Shown piece after piece: positions 24,545 to 39,084 of a DNA stretch of 64,000 bases. Source of the DNA: Octopus sinensis. Taxonomy: Eukaryota. Under the pieces are notes generated by a model, which was not told where the DNA came from, ran no database searches, and was given only the letters and a program-made list of their open reading frames with translations. A program made the translations under genes and the position numbers. How positions within the stretch are numbered: position 1 is the first letter of the stretch; each line of letters begins with the position of its first letter. The stretch lies in contig NC_043005.1 in NCBI RefSeq assembly GCF_006345805.1, forward strand, positions 72,478,001 to 72,542,000, written 5' to 3'.

Positions 24545-25244
24545 TCACATCCACACAACAACAATAACAACAATAATTACTTTCTATTTCTAGTTCTTAT
24601 TTTCTATTACTTTCATTTAATGTCACATTATTTCAATATCTACAGTGGGTGCTGTTCTGCTTTCATAAGTTTTTACAAGGTATATTAGGATCCTGTAAAC
24701 TAGACTTCATTCTGGGCCATTTCACCTCATTAGGCAACCAGTTAGCACAAAATGCTTTGCACCATTTTGTGGTATTTTTTCCACCTTGTGCTGCGAGTTC
24801 AAATCCCATGGGGATCAACTTTACCTTTTGGGGTTTGTAAAATACTGTGCTAATCCAGAATGGTAGATTTGCAGATTTTTTAAAGAATTGGATAAGGTGC
24901 CTTTTGGTATTTCTTTCAGCTCTTAGTGTTCTGTGTTCTAAAGCTGTAGATTTAACCCATCATCCCATTTAGCACTACCACCTAGTCTCTGAATGCTTTT
25001 AACAGAATTCGGGTTAGGTTACCTTCCTTCTTACTGCCCAACTTTGAAAATATAGAAGGATCATAGGCTGACACTTTCTCTTTGACTAGATAGTAAAAGA
25101 AAAAAAAAAGCATCATTATCAGTGATTATTCCTGAGAATGGCAAGGAATTCACTACAAATCAGTTACCTATATTTTCATATATAAGACTGAAATTCCATT
25201 CCATTCTGTTAATTATTATATTTACTCATGTATTTGAAGGTATT

Positions 25245-25615
25245 GGCCTAATAGTTAGGGTGTTGCACTCACGATCACTGCATCATGGGTTCAATTCCTG
25301 AACCAAGCAGTGCATTGTGTCCTTGAGCAAAACACTTCATTTCACATTGTTCCAGTCCACTCAGCAGTAAATAGTTTCCTTCTCAAGTTATACCGATTCA
25401 TAAGGGCTGGTTTCCTGGTCCCCATGGCATATATATTCCCCACCTGGATGTAACACAAGTCTGTCACAGGATTACTCACTTTTGCCAGCTGAGTGGACTG
25501 GAATGACATGAAATTAAGTGTTTTGCTCAAGAACATGTCACCTGGTCCAGGTATCGAAACCACAATTTTATAATCATGAGTCCAATGTCCTAACCACTAA
25601 ACCATGCACCTTCAT
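25245..25615. mobile_element. Two diverged family C-like SINEs, tail-to-tail
   Basis: ttggcctaatagttagggtg...gggttcaattcc (+) and gtatcgaaaccac...cctaaccactaaaccatg (-). Confidence 0.6.
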
Positions 25616-25703
25616 TCAGCAAGAAATGGGTAAACCTGTGATGGATTACCCTTCTGAGATGCAGTTCTGGCTATATTTATTTATGTATAAGTTGCACCCG
25701 TAA

Positions 25704-26093
25704 TCTCTATATATATAAGGCTGAAGTCTGTGTATGGCAGGTTTGGTAGCCTTCAACTAACACTATCTCCTCCAAGACCCTGCGGCGCAAGTTGACCAAA
25801 ACTGGGAGTATGATAGAAGAAGGCTTGCTCTTCCTTCCGTAGAAGAAAAAAATTCAAATCGGACTATGTTAACACCAAAAATTATCGACATCAAAAAGGT
25901 GCTTTTTTTCTATGAAAATCCCTACTTTTTACGATTTTTTGACTGCTGTGTCGCCATTTTTCGGTGTATTTCAACCAGAAAAAGGTTCACTTAAAGAGAA
26001 TAACAAGCTACATAATGCAGAATTTTTACTTTTCAAAAATTCAAATTCTAAAGGGTGGAAACAAATCCGAGCAACGCCAGGCGATACTGCTAG
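25704..26093 (+). mobile_element. Non-autonomous Helitron
   Basis: A|TCTCTATATATATAA 5' end; 3' hairpin-like ccgagcaacgccaggcg plus CTAG|T terminus; A-T insertion, no TSD. Confidence 0.8.
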
Positions 26094-26924
26094 TTTAGTG
26101 TTAAATCTTGGTGTACAATTTTTTTCCTTTCATAGTTTTAGCTTTGCCCTGTCTATAAGATGCAACCCTGTTTCTTTAATTCAGTTAAATCAAGTATGAA
26201 ATAGTACAACTTATACACAAGTAAATGCATTAGTTTATACAATTTATTTAGAAATGTTTTAGTTTTATTACTTTTCCTATTACATTTGATGTTCCATTTG
26301 TTTCAAGTCACTTGATAAACAAATGCTATATTTTTTTTCATCATCTCTTTCTCAGAATTCTTGCAGTTATTCTACAATGTAAATATTAGATTTACAATTG
26401 AATCAATGAGGGAGATCCAACACGGTCGTTTTGTGTGCTAGAAATAGCAGCTATATCTTCAACAATCTCATATCAAAATTGGACAGATACATTAGAAATA
26501 GATACATTAGAAATGTGTTATTTTCAGCACCAGAAAATAGATGATATATTAATTTATATCACATGTCCTAGAAAAAATAAAATGAAAGGACATTTTGCAA
26601 TGAATAATGCATATTTAAAAGTATATTTAATACAAAAATACAAACATTAAACTGTATTAAAGTTTTCTTTCTTTTGTGAAGCCTCACCCAAAAGAAAATT
26701 CAAAATAAAACACTATTTGCAGAGGTTAATTTTAAGTCAGCTAAAATAAAAAATTTTCTATTCATGAATTCTGATAAAATGTACAGTAAAAAAATATATT
26801 AGAAAAAATTATTTAAAGAGTTTCTTGTAGAAAGTGAAAGTAGATTAATTGAATGTCTAAATATCTAATTCTTTAAGAGACAGACATACAGACTGTAGGT
26901 AATGTTGATTAACCCTTTAAGACA

Positions 26925-27135
26925 ACGAGCCGGCAGAAACGTTAGCATGCCAGGTGAAGTACTTAGCAGTATTTTGTCAGTCTTTACTTTCCGAGTTCAA
27001 ATTCTGCCATGGTCGGCTTTGTTTTTCATCCTTTAGGCGTCGATGAATTAAATACCAGTTGTGTACTGGAGTCGATCTAATCGACAAGCCTCGCTCCCCA
27101 AAAATTTTGGGCCTTGTGCGCAGAGTAGAAAAGAA
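26925..27135 (+). mobile_element. SINE family A copy
   Basis: gagccggcagaaacgttagc...gagttcaaattc...gtcgatctaatcgac. Confidence 0.85.
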
Positions 27136-27308
27136 TGTAGATTAACCCATTTGTGGGAAAATGATTTTTTTTACCGAGTTTTAAGGAAAATTTCACCCAT
27201 TGAAATCTTGTCTTTTATCTTATATCATTAGACTGTGGCCATGCTGGGGCACTGCCTTGAAGAAATTTTAGCTGAATGATTGATACAAGCACATTTTGTT
27301 AATCCTAG

Positions 27309-29018
27309 CAGTGGCGGATCTACTATAAAACTAATGAAGCTTAAGCTTCAGGGCTCTTAATACCCGAGGAGCTCCCCTAATCAACTTAATTTTTTCATGC
27401 TGTCAATATTTTTCTTTTTGTATTTTGCCATGCAGACAGGGCCGATAAAACAAAATAGACTGAGAAAAAAATTTTGTTTCTACACCAGTCCCCTAAAAAA
27501 GGATGGTGCCAGTGAAACGACAAAGAAAAGGGAAAAAAAACATGTATATATGTATGTGCATTTGTGTGTATGAATATATATGGCAATAAATAGAAATAAA
27601 CAGAAAAGTGTTTTATGCACTTTAGTTTAAGTTCCGTCTCCAAGAGCAGCATGGTACCAGGGAAGTGACACAGAAAAAGTAAAAAACATGTATGTATGTA
27701 TGTATGTATGTATGTATGTATGTATGTATATATGTATGTATGTATGTATGCATCTCAGTAGGTCTTTGAAATCTTCCTAACAGGTAAATGCAAAATATGT
27801 TCCAAAATTTAGATTTTTATTTTTGTTTTAATTATAAAATTACATCTCTCAACAGCTTAAAGCACTCTTTTGGTGGTGGTGGTGGGGGGGGGGGGGGCTT
27901 TAAAATTATTGCATATATGTTCAAATGTTATTTTTGTAGATCTAACCATTTTCTTCAGGTAAAAAGTGTAATTTCTGATTTCTCATTTTTTGGGGTTTTT
28001 TTATCCTTACTAGTTTGAAAATATTTTATTGCATTTTACATTCTGAAACATTTTCAACCCTTATCTAAAAAAAAAAAAATCTATTTTCTCTCCTTTATTC
28101 TATTTTTACTATGAAGAAAAAGCCAAACACCACAAGTGCATGTCTGAAAAATGAAATTAGAATTTTGAAAAGAAAGGAGACATTTTTAGTCATTTAAAAT
28201 GTATAAAAGGAATATTTTTTTATTGAAGAAATGTATAATGGTATTAAAAAAATATCACTTGTTTTCCCTTTTGTGTACCATGTAACAACAGTTTGTCACA
28301 GAAGCACCTTGTAAAATTAAATTTGAGGGGAATTATATCAGGTAAAATAGAAAAAAAATTCCTATATCATGGCAAACCTACAAAAATAACTGAAAACATC
28401 GCTAGGCAGAGGTTAAGGACATTATATTTTTCTTCTTTTTTTTGTTGGTGGACAGTTCTACTGAAACCCACTTTCTTGACTGCAGAGATTCTGAATCTGC
28501 AAAAGCAATTTGCATTTCAAAATTTTTATTCAGCCAACCCCTACCCTAACCCCACCCCAATGTTTCACTTTTTTTAGAAATATCTTTTGGCAAAACACAC
28601 AGAGAAATACAGAAATTATGATTCTGAAAAAAATTTTTGTAAAATTTCAATTTTCCAAAAATAAATAAATTAATGACCTTACCCTCCACCAGCACATCTG
28701 TGATACAATGTGAACATGTTATGGTTGGGGGTCTTTTGGAATTAAGAGAGTTATGTAAAAATTAGTTATTTTGCACCAAAGATATCGGTGATTACCCACA
28801 CCTTGTTTCTGGTGGAAAGATGGCTCACTGTCAGATTCATCTTTAAGGACTCCACATCACCTCACCATTTGGGCTATCAGGGCCTCAAGGCTGGAGTTCT
28901 TTGCAAGGACAAGAAAATTCTTTGACCTTTGTTGGATGTTATTCTACTGTTGCTGGTTGTATAGGGACCCCCATAACATTTTAAGCTTCAGGGCCCCAAT
29001 ATTGAAGATCTGCCACTA
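27309..29018. mobile_element. Non-autonomous hAT element (1.7 kb) nested in a family E SINE
   Basis: TIRs CAGTGGCGGATCT / AGATCTGCCACTA (11/13); 8-bp TSD aatcctag/aagcctag; ttaagcttcagggc subterminal motif at both ends; host SINE resumes across the insertion (27215-27308 and 29019-29110). Confidence 0.85.
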
Positions 29019-30774
29019 AAGCCTAGTATTTATTTTATCGATCAATTTTGCCAAACAGCTAAGTTATAGAGATGTAAACACTAACACCTGTTGTCAAGTA
29101 GTGGTGGTGGGGGGAACAATTATGGCATAGCTGTGTGGTAAGAAACTTGCTTCTCAATCACATTATTTCAAAGTTGACCTCAGCGGACTTTGAACTCACA
29201 AAATACCACTAAGCATTTTGTCTCGCATGCTAATGTTTCTGCCAGCTTGCCGCCTTGGTATTAGTAATATTAGATGTTGATGGATATTGGTATATGAAAA
29301 TAAAGGTACAAGTGGAGCTCTAATTTGATGCAGATGCATGCAATTAAATTCCTCCAAATTACTGAATATTTTCTAAATTAACTGAAATACATACACTGTG
29401 TTCTTCATCAGAAATATGGTCATGAAAGGATTAAGGGATAATAAAACAGACTAATTAAATAATTGATAGAAAATAATACAATTAAAGGAAATCAATAATG
29501 GGCAGGTTAGAGAGATGAACAGAAGGACTGAGTTATGGAAAGATAAACCGAAATAAAGAGAAATATACAAATAGTTAGAACTAATGTTTAAAGATAAAAG
29601 AAGTCTTTAGATTAGATCTGAATGGCTCAGAGTGTAGAATAGTCGTTTGCTTTCATGAAAACTGCTATAGAGTCTACACTGGATTATCAAAGCGAGCAAA
29701 TGAACATTTAAAATATCACTATTTTTAATTATGGTTCATGAAAAGGAGATAGGGTAAAAGGATTCTTATCTTTAGCTTTGATAATGTTTTATATTTGATT
29801 ACCTCTTAACCTCCTATAAATAAATATTTCTAAATCTACCATAAGCCAAGCAGGAAATCTCCATAGGTTTCTCTTGGTTTGTAGGTTTTATGATATGTAG
29901 GCTTATGTTAAGTTAATTAAAGCGAAAATAAGAGAGAGGAGAAGGAAGAAGAGCAGTGAAAGAATCCTAAATTGTACATAATGATTTCTAAGATATAAAA
30001 TCACATGATCATCTTTTAGAATTCAATATCTCTACTGCTTGTGGACATGTGTATAAAATCAAAAGACAGTTTAGCACCCATGATTTTCAGAAACATTATT
30101 TTCATACTCAGAATCATTGAATCATGCACGACCTACATCTATTATTAGTTGTCAGATATTGTATTTTTAAAAAAGTTCTCTTCCCCAAAATTCACTAACA
30201 CTACCTCTGTAGCATCTTATAACTGCCCACTTATCTGTCTTTTTGTGTTTTATATTGCATGTACTGTGCATGCACTTTTAGCTATCTTGCTGTCTTTCTT
30301 TACTTGGCTTATAACTAGTTTCTCCCCCCATTGTTTTCCCTTTTCCAATGAGTTGTAGTGCATCTGAGTGCTGTATACAAGTATCTCATTATTGTTATTT
30401 CAAATTTTGAGGGTAGAGATAAGTCAGCAATATCAAGTCTAATATTTGAATGGCACTTATTTTAGTATCAGTGGAGAATGAAAGTCAAAGTTAATAATAG
30501 TAGGAACACAGTTGTTAAAGGGAATTACAGTTAAATACCACAAGGTATTTTTCTTATTATTCTGTCAACTCTACCAATCCATCACTACTACAGCCATATC
30601 AGTTGAGGGGTACTTGCAAGCTACTTGGTGACCTCAATAGTCTCAGCGTCACATAAGAAGCAGCCAGTACACTCTGTGAAGTGGTTGATATTAGGAAGGG
30701 TGTCTTGCTATAGGAACCATTGCAAAGCTGTCATTGGAATTTGGTGCAGTCCTCTAGATCATCAGCTCTTATTT

Positions 30775-30945
30775 CTTTACTGCCCACAAGGGGCTACACA
30801 TAGAGGGGACAAACAAGGACTGACAAACAGATTAAGTCGATTACATCGACCCCAGTGCGTAACTGGTACTTATTTAATCAACCCCGAAAGAATGAAAGGC
30901 AAAGTCGACCTCGACGGAATTTGAACTCAGAATGTAGCAGTAGAC
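30775..30945 (-). mobile_element. SINE family A copy
   Basis: ttatttctttac...gattaagtcgattacatcgacccc...gaatttgaactcagaa. Confidence 0.85.
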
Positions 30946-31244
30946 AAAATTGTTGAACCATTCTACCTATGCCAGTATCGAAAATGAACAATCAATGGTA
31001 ATGATTATATATATATATCTTATTGCTAAGTCATAGGAGGAAGTGCAGTACCTTTGACTATTTTTTTTGAAGGTCCTCTAAGACTGTTGAGTTGAAAGGG
31101 AGAAATAAACCACAACTCTTCAGCTGGGGCAGTAAGAAGAAACATGTCAGTATATCAAGCTGACCAAAATGCTTACAACAGAATGGACTCTTCTAAAATA
31201 TCATGGGGCTGGGTAGTGCTAAGAAAATGAAGCAACCATTTACT

Positions 31245-31417
31245 AAACACCCACTACACTCACGGAGTGGTTGGCATTAGGAAGGGCATCCAGCTGTAGA
31301 AACACAGCGAGATCAGACTGGAGCCTGGTGCAGCCTCCTAGCTTCCCAGACCCCAGTCGAGCCGTCCAACCCATGCTAGCATGGAAAACGGACGTTAAAC
31401 AATGATGATGATGATGA
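31245..31417 (+). mobile_element. Family B (RTE tail) copy
   Basis: cccactacactcacggagtggttggc...ccatgctagcatggaaaacggacg...atgatgatg. Confidence 0.88.
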
Positions 31418-32905
31418 ATGGGTACGTTCCAATAGGGATTTGTTTGGCTTCACCTAAACAATTTCACTTACAAGGTTTTGTTTGACTCAAGGCTGGAGTA
31501 GAAGAAAGTTGTACAAGGTACTACGTAGTGGAGAGTGGGGATGGGGAGAAGGTCATACCTGGAACCACCTGATTGCTAACTGAACCTCGTAACTATACAG
31601 CCATGTAGCAACTGTGTATGTTTTGATGTTGCTAATTAGATGGCCTGCACTGTACATCTCTACCTCCTTGCTAGAGAAATACTGTACAGAATGAGTTATC
31701 TCAGCTTTGAAGAGAATTCACTATTAACTAAATGTAAACTATTTTGTCTTTGAATTATAAGTATTGTGTTCAAAGTCAGTTTTAGTATTACTGTAGAAAG
31801 ATCAGAGAGGTAAGTGAAATGAAGAATATTAGTAGACAATTAAGTGTAAGATGTGAGAAAAGGTGACAAATTTAGAAATTTCTTCGGTTTAGTAAAAGAC
31901 GAAAAGTAATCAGTTAAAAAGAAAGTAAAGCACACTATTGAAACTAGATGTCATAGTTCAAGAGTAATTTAGTCTTTTGGAGTTTAAAGACAGCAAGGAA
32001 AAAGAAGAAGAAAAAAATTGTCATTATAAAGACATTCTAAAATGTGGTGAGAAAGTTTTTTAATGTCTAAAAGTTATAAAAAAATAAACCCGAAAGAAAA
32101 CAACTAAATAACAAAGACAGAATCAATTATGGCTAAGATTTGAGTAAAAGGAAAGACCAGTATTATTAAATTGACTGATAATGTTGAAATAGAATGAAAA
32201 AGCAAAAAAATAAAAAAATTGTGTGTGAAAAGTCAGAATGATACAAGTAGATAGTGAAACAGATTGCAATATTTTAAGCTATAAGCCTACTCCACAACTT
32301 GTTGCGATATGTTCGTTTAGTTATCTTGTTGGATGAAATCAAGTGGAAAAAAATACCATCATTTCTGTATCGTATGAATTGGACTGGGGTTCAAGGGGCA
32401 GCAGTGACGGGGATGGTAAATGAAGCAATGAAAATTAAGAATATATACATACATATCTATGTATCAATCTATCTATCTATCTCTATAATTGTGTATATAT
32501 ATATAAATATATATAAATATATATATATATGTATGTATGTATGTATGTTTTATAAGTAGGATTTCAAATGCAACTTAAAACATTATTTCACAGTTAGTAA
32601 TGATGGATACTACTTTGTTATATTTTGTCTTTGTGAATGCATTGAGTGGTTGTGTGTATAAGGTATGTGTTTGAGCGCATATGTATGTAAGTATGTATAT
32701 GTAATTATGTGTGCGTGAGAGTCGTATAAAATAATGCAAATACATATTCTTTCGTGATCTGTATATGCAGTTCAGTAATATTCTACATGTCTGATAGGCA
32801 GAAAATATATGGAATAAAAGAATATATACATACATTTATATATATATGTGTATATATATGTGTGTGTGTGTGTCTGTGTATACACATACACAGTGATAAA
32901 TATAC

Positions 32906-32946
<41 letters not shown>

Positions 32947-34109
32947 TATATATATCCATGTGTATACGCTTGTATGTATATATATATATAGATAAATTGA
33001 TAGATATTATAAGCAATGTGTTTGGATGTATGTTTATGTATATATATATGCATATATGTATATTCATATATGCATGTGTTGTGGTATTTCAAGAGTATAT
33101 CCAGCTGTGATTACTCACAAGTAGACATGTGCGTGTTATTAAATATAGAATATGCTAAAACATATTTTCGTAGTGCATTAGAAGTAATAAAGAAATAGGA
33201 AAAAAAGGGGAAAAAATGTGATTGCCTGATACATTAAAAGTAACAGATTTGATGACACTCTTTAATAACATTGAATAAGTGATAACATGTTATTATTTTT
33301 ATTATTACTACTAGCAATATTATTATTGTTGTTGTTGTTGTTGTTCTCATCATCGTCCGTGGTTGATACCACCATGTTCACTGCTGCTACTACTGCTACT
33401 ACTAAGCATTTTTTTTGCAAAATAATCGTATATAAATGACAAGCAATGGAATTTTAGATATCAAACAACTAATAAATATAGTTAGTAGAAGAAGTGAGTT
33501 AGAGGGAGATACTGAAATGAATGATCTCTGTTGAGTTGATACTAACCAAATACATGCTAACACAGAAAAGAAATATCATATATATATACACACTTATATA
33601 TATATGCATATATTTATACACACATGCACACGCACACACACCAACACAGGTATATTTGTAATAAAGCTGTTGATAGACAACAAATTCATTACCAAAAGTT
33701 AGGAATAAAGAAGAGTGTAAAAACAAAGTAAAAGTTATGAAAAGTAAAAATTTCAAAAACCTGGGTTAGCCCCCCCTCTCCCACCTCCACTTTTTGCTTT
33801 TTGTATTTTGCTTTTGCTTTACATTCAGTCTGTATTTTATCATTAGTATATTACTAAATTAAATATAATTTCTTCGCGATGATGAATTTATTTAGAAATA
33901 TTTTTTTATAGGAGGTTAAGAGGTAATCAAATATAAAACATTATAAAAAGAAAGAAAAAAGAAAAAATTATGCTAGGATAAGAAGTCATATTTATTGCAT
34001 GGCAGAGAATAATTGAAGAATTAAGAGGATGATTATAACATGTACTTTGTTTCAAGATACTGGAACTTCATTCAAATGAGTTTTTTTTTTATTTATGCAT
34101 CTTCTTCAA

Positions 34110-34395
34110 GCCTAACCAGACTCATGGGCTCAGTTTCCCGATTTCTGCGGCGTATGTGTTCCCCCCAAGCTGGAAGGGACACCAGTCTATTGCAGCATTA
34201 CTCAAGAAACAGGAAGAAAGAGTGAGAGAAAGTTGGGGCGAAAGAGTACAACAGGGGTCACCACCACCCCCTGCCAGAGCCTCATGGAGCTTTTAGGTGT
34301 TTTCACTCAATAAACACACACAACGCCCGGTCTGGGAATCGAAACTGTGATCCTCCGACCACGAGTCTGCTGACCTAACCACTGGGCCATTGCGA
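34110..34395 (-). mobile_element. SINE family C copy with a third type of 3' body
   Basis: Head and core match 14870-15060; the tail differs. Confidence 0.82.
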
Positions 34396-36149
34396 ATGAG
34401 TACTATGTGCTTATTTTTTACTGTCCTCAGTTAGGGATATATATTTGATTTATGCAATAAGTTGCAATGAAATGTTGATTCATATAATATTGATAAATAG
34501 TGGCAAAAATGGCTGAGTGAATAAAATACTTGAATATCAGATCATGGGTTTTAAGTTCAACTCCTCCATAGGCATCTTGTTTATTTTGACCAGTATAATC
34601 TATTTGCCATCTGTTACTTCATATAGAATAATTAAATTTAAGATTGATATAACATTGGTCAGCCAGATACTACAGTTGATTAATAAGCTGGTTGATCAAT
34701 AACTTAATGGTAAGAAGGTTTGAGGGAAAGCCATAAAAACAAGTTATTAGAACTAAATGGCTAAGTATATGAGATAGGGAAAGAAATAGGTTTCAGATCA
34801 AGTCAAGTCACTTGTCAGACTTGTATGATTGTGAAATGTTATTTCATTTTCTGTCAAGTATGGACGACATCTCTAGATACATTCCAGCCTTATTTTGACC
34901 TCAGCATAACATTGTCTTCATTGTACTTGCTGAAATAATGATAAAATAATCAGGAATAAATCTACAAGATTGTAAATTTTTTGGCAGATGAAAAAATGTA
35001 ATTGTTTGTTAAATAATTTAAAGATGATATCTATACGAAAAACAATGCTTACATTAGTGTTGAATTATTTAATGTATGAACCATTAGTCAACCACTAATA
35101 TTATTTTCATTTTCCCAACAATTCCATGAGATAACACCAGACTTATTCCAATCATATTAAGACTTTATCAACCTACTGCTTTGAGTTTTACCTAAGTCTT
35201 TGACTTTCTTTCATTGTGGAGTATATAGTGAGACTAAATCCTGTGCATAATAGTGAATTTGTTGGATATTTCCCAAACCTTAATTGGGAACTTACTTTTC
35301 TTTGGTCTGCTCAAGCAGAATGAAATGAAAAAATGAAATAAAATAAGTCATATCTTTCTTTCAACTAGATCACAAGTGAAGGCATTGTCTTCATAGTCCA
35401 TGTCAAATTTGGGAGCTAGTAGTTAGCTTGGTGGACTTTGTCCCTTTCTCAGACTATTAACAACAGAACAGAAATTGCAGATATGAAGAATAAATGATGC
35501 AAGCTAGCTTAACTGAGAATCAAATCTGCATTGCAGACTATTACTCAACAATAAAATCTACTTCCATCCTTTACTGAACAAATGACATTTATTTCTATAA
35601 AATGAAACAGTATCTCATGTTGAACTATCACCACCCTCCCATTCTTTTAACTCTAAACTTATACAATGTTGATATTAGGAAGAAGTCTTTTATTTCATTT
35701 TCTTGTCATCAGTGTCAGACATTCATAAATCATCCTCATTAATAACAGAATTTTTTTCCTTTTTTTTTTGCGTTTTTTGAAGAATTTTTGTGTGGGGATA
35801 AAAATAAATAGATGAAATTAATCAATTTCAAGAGTTTAAAAATTTCTTTGCTGGACTTTGGAGATGGAAGAGCCAAACTTTTATTCAGCTAAAGATGGTG
35901 GATCAGTGGAATTGGTAAGGTTAGAATGAAGGATGAAATAAAATAGCCTTTAGTCTTTACTTACACCCTTCTCTTTGTATTTCGATTTCAAATTCCACTA
36001 GGGGTTGATTTCAAGTTTCAACTTTCCAGGGTCAATATAATAAAGTACCAGCAACAAACAAGGTTAATTTCCTTGGGTATTTCCTCAAAAAGCTCTGAGA
36101 GCTTATGCCAAATGTCAGGTGCAAATATTATATTTAAGAGTAGGGCAGT

Positions 36150-36355
36150 AATCTGATAGAATCATTAGCAAGCCAATCAAAATGCTTAGTAGCTTTTCAC
36201 CTGTCTTTATGTTCTGGGTTCAAATTCTGCTGAGGTCAACTGTTCCTTTCATCCATTCAGAGATAATAAAATAAGTACTCTTTGAGTACTGGGGCTGATA
36301 TAATCAACTTACCCCTCCCTTAAAATTGCTGGCCTTGTGCCAAAATTTGAAACCA
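36150..36355 (+). mobile_element. SINE family A copy
   Basis: gaatcattagc...gggttcaaattc...ggccttgtgccaaaatttgaaacc. Confidence 0.8.
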
Positions 36356-37734
36356 ATTTTATATTTAAGGATGATGCAGAGCTGAATTAGTAAAGCAAAG
36401 GAGAAAATAAAATGTTTTACAGTATTTAGTTATACCCTTTACGTTTCAACTCAACTCCCACCATTCTTGACTTAGCTTTTCATTCTTTCAGGGTCAAGCA
36501 ATGTATTGATAAATTAATATAATTAACTAAATATTTTCCCCAAATCTTCTGTCTTTGTGCCAGAGTTAGAATTCAATATTACATCTATTCCATTTCAACA
36601 TTGGTTTTATGTATATTTTAAGTACTTTTCATTGGATATCAGTACATGGCTTCAAAGTTAGATATTTTTGTGCCAAACGATACCATGTGGTTGTTGAACT
36701 AGAATTGCAGTTGTCTAGATTATAGTAAATTAACAGAGTTAGACTCAATTATACCTGTGATTATAGATTGGCCAATTACTTGTTAGTAATTATATTATTT
36801 AATTTTTCCCATATTTAGTTCCAGCTTTTCCTGGAATTAAAAAGACAATTAGAATTTTTTTTTTCTTTTCCTTATTTGACAAATTTCCATGTTTCATAAT
36901 ATTTATGATAATCTAGAGTTGATTGACTCTACTGAATATAAACAACCAGTATAATTCTCTTCTATCGTATCAAGGGAACTGATACAACTGACATATACTA
37001 TGCAAATATTTAGATGGGGAGAAAGGGAGAGAGAAGGAGAAAGAGAGAGAGAGAGAGAGAACTAACGTTCATTTCTTCAATTTTGGTGCATCATCGACTG
37101 CGTAATTAAACAACACGTTTACTGACCACTCCCAAGTACTTTCTCTTATGTGCAGCATTCATATAGAGCAGCATCATTTCTGAGAAGCAATTACTGAATT
37201 CAAGCTTACATGAAAAGAAACCCGTCCTCAGACAAAATTACTGACTTCCGATTTAAGAAGAAGAATTACAAATTTTATGCATTTAAACTTAATTAAATTA
37301 ATCAATACATAATTAGAAACAGTTAAAAATAGTGCATCAGTAGAGCTAGCTGCAGTTGTGCAAAGTTTTCTCTTTCATCCAGTGCTATCTATATATCAAG
37401 CCCGTTGCCTTGTGGCCACACCTGCAATTACATGTATCTGGTGATTTCTAAGATATAGTTGCCCTCTTCTTTAGTTCCTTTACTTCTCTCTCTCTCTCTC
37501 CATCCTCTTATTTTGCTGTATCTGTTAAAAGGTATGCTTTGCAATCACATATTTCCACATTCAGACCCACTGCACAACATCTTGAGCATGAATGTGTGTG
37601 TGTGTGTGTGCATGTGTGTATGTGTGTGTAAATGTATCTATGTATAAATATATATATATGTTTGTGTATGTGTATATACATGTAAGTGTGTGTGTATATA
37701 TATATTAAAAATGGGGAAGACGAATATATACTAC

Positions 37735-38065
37735 TCTATGAGAGCATCATAGCCATGTGCTGAGAGGAATTCTTTGGGGTTTCAATAACACACTCCTGGA
37801 AACACGGGTGTTTCATTCATCATCCTTAACTCCTATTCAAGGGCCTTTTGAGTTGGATGGTCTGCTTGAACTGAAGAAAACTCATACTGGGCCTCATCTG
37901 CAAGGTCATGCATTATTTATCTTGATATGAAGTCACAATGTCATGTACATATGGTTGTGATGCATGTGCCTGGTGTACCTGTATCAGACAGGTAGTTATG
38001 ATGGGTACATTGGGCTTCGTATATTTGTGCCCCAGCATCACTTTGATGTTGTGTGCTGCTCTCTC
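37735..38065 (+). mobile_element. Family D copy (5'-truncated)
   Basis: Reverse complement of ~5470-5800; ends ctctcataataataat. Confidence 0.8.
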
Positions 38066-38093
38066 ATAATAATAATGGTTTAAACTTTTGGCA

Positions 38094-38480
38094 CAAGTAG
38101 TTAGTGTGAAAAACCTCATAAGAGAAAAAATCTGTAAATTTTTTCACTTGAAAATATTTATTTACATTATATAGAGGGCTTTATTACACATAAATGCTGC
38201 ACGCTAGGAGGGACTTTTAAAGTCAAAACTACCAAAATAAACAAATCGTAACGAATGCAATTTTCGAAGTGAGTCATTTAAAATTCTGTTTTTAAATGAC
38301 TCGCTTCGAAAATTGCATTCGTTACGATTTGTTTATTTTGTTAGTTTTGACTTTAAAAGTCCCCCCTAGCGTGCGGCATTTATGTGTAATAATGCCCTCT
38401 ATATAATATAAATAAATATTTTCAAGTGAAAAAATTTACAGATTTTTTTCTCTTATGAGGTTTTTCATGCTAACTACTTG
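38094..38480. mobile_element. 387-bp near-perfect palindrome (fold-back / MITE-like element)
   Basis: ~190-bp arms, about 8 substitutions plus 1 indel by eye, ~6-nt loop (ttctgt, 38284-38289). Confidence 0.85.
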
Positions 38481-38532
38481 ATAATTTCTTATGAAGATTT
38501 TATCCTATTTCTAAATTATAAATATATATATA

Positions 38533-38574
<42 letters not shown>

Positions 38575-38601
38575 ATATATATATGTATATGTATATATGT
38601 A

Positions 38602-38640
<39 letters not shown>

Positions 38641-38984
38641 GCACATATATATGTATGTATTTATATATCAAACATACACCATATATACATATTTATATAC
38701 ATAAGTATATTTAAAGGAATAGGCTAAGCAAAATCTAAAATTTATTATTCTAGTGAATGGGAGGAATAAGAAAAAAAAACACAAAAAGCTGGCTTACAAT
38801 TTTAAAGTAATACCTGCTACCTCCATGGCTACAGCAACAGTGAGAAAATCAGTGGAATAATGTACAAAAGTGCATTTGAGTACAAATAGATGCAAGACGT
38901 ACTGCCATAGTCTTATCTTTACAGCTGTTTCAAATGAACAATGACTAGTACTGTTACCATGAATAATGCATTCTCCAACATACT

Positions 38985-39010
38985 ATATCTGTCTACCTAC
39001 TTATCTATCC

Positions 39011-39081
<71 letters not shown>
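38985..39081. repeat. (TATC)n microsatellite
   Basis: Visible tandem run. Confidence 0.95.
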
Positions 39082-39084
39082 AAT

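Noticed and set aside
33499-33756. Signal-peptide-like ORF MKFLLFITFTL...
   Set aside because: It starts at TTG, its hydrophobicity comes from T-richness, and it runs into a TG repeat
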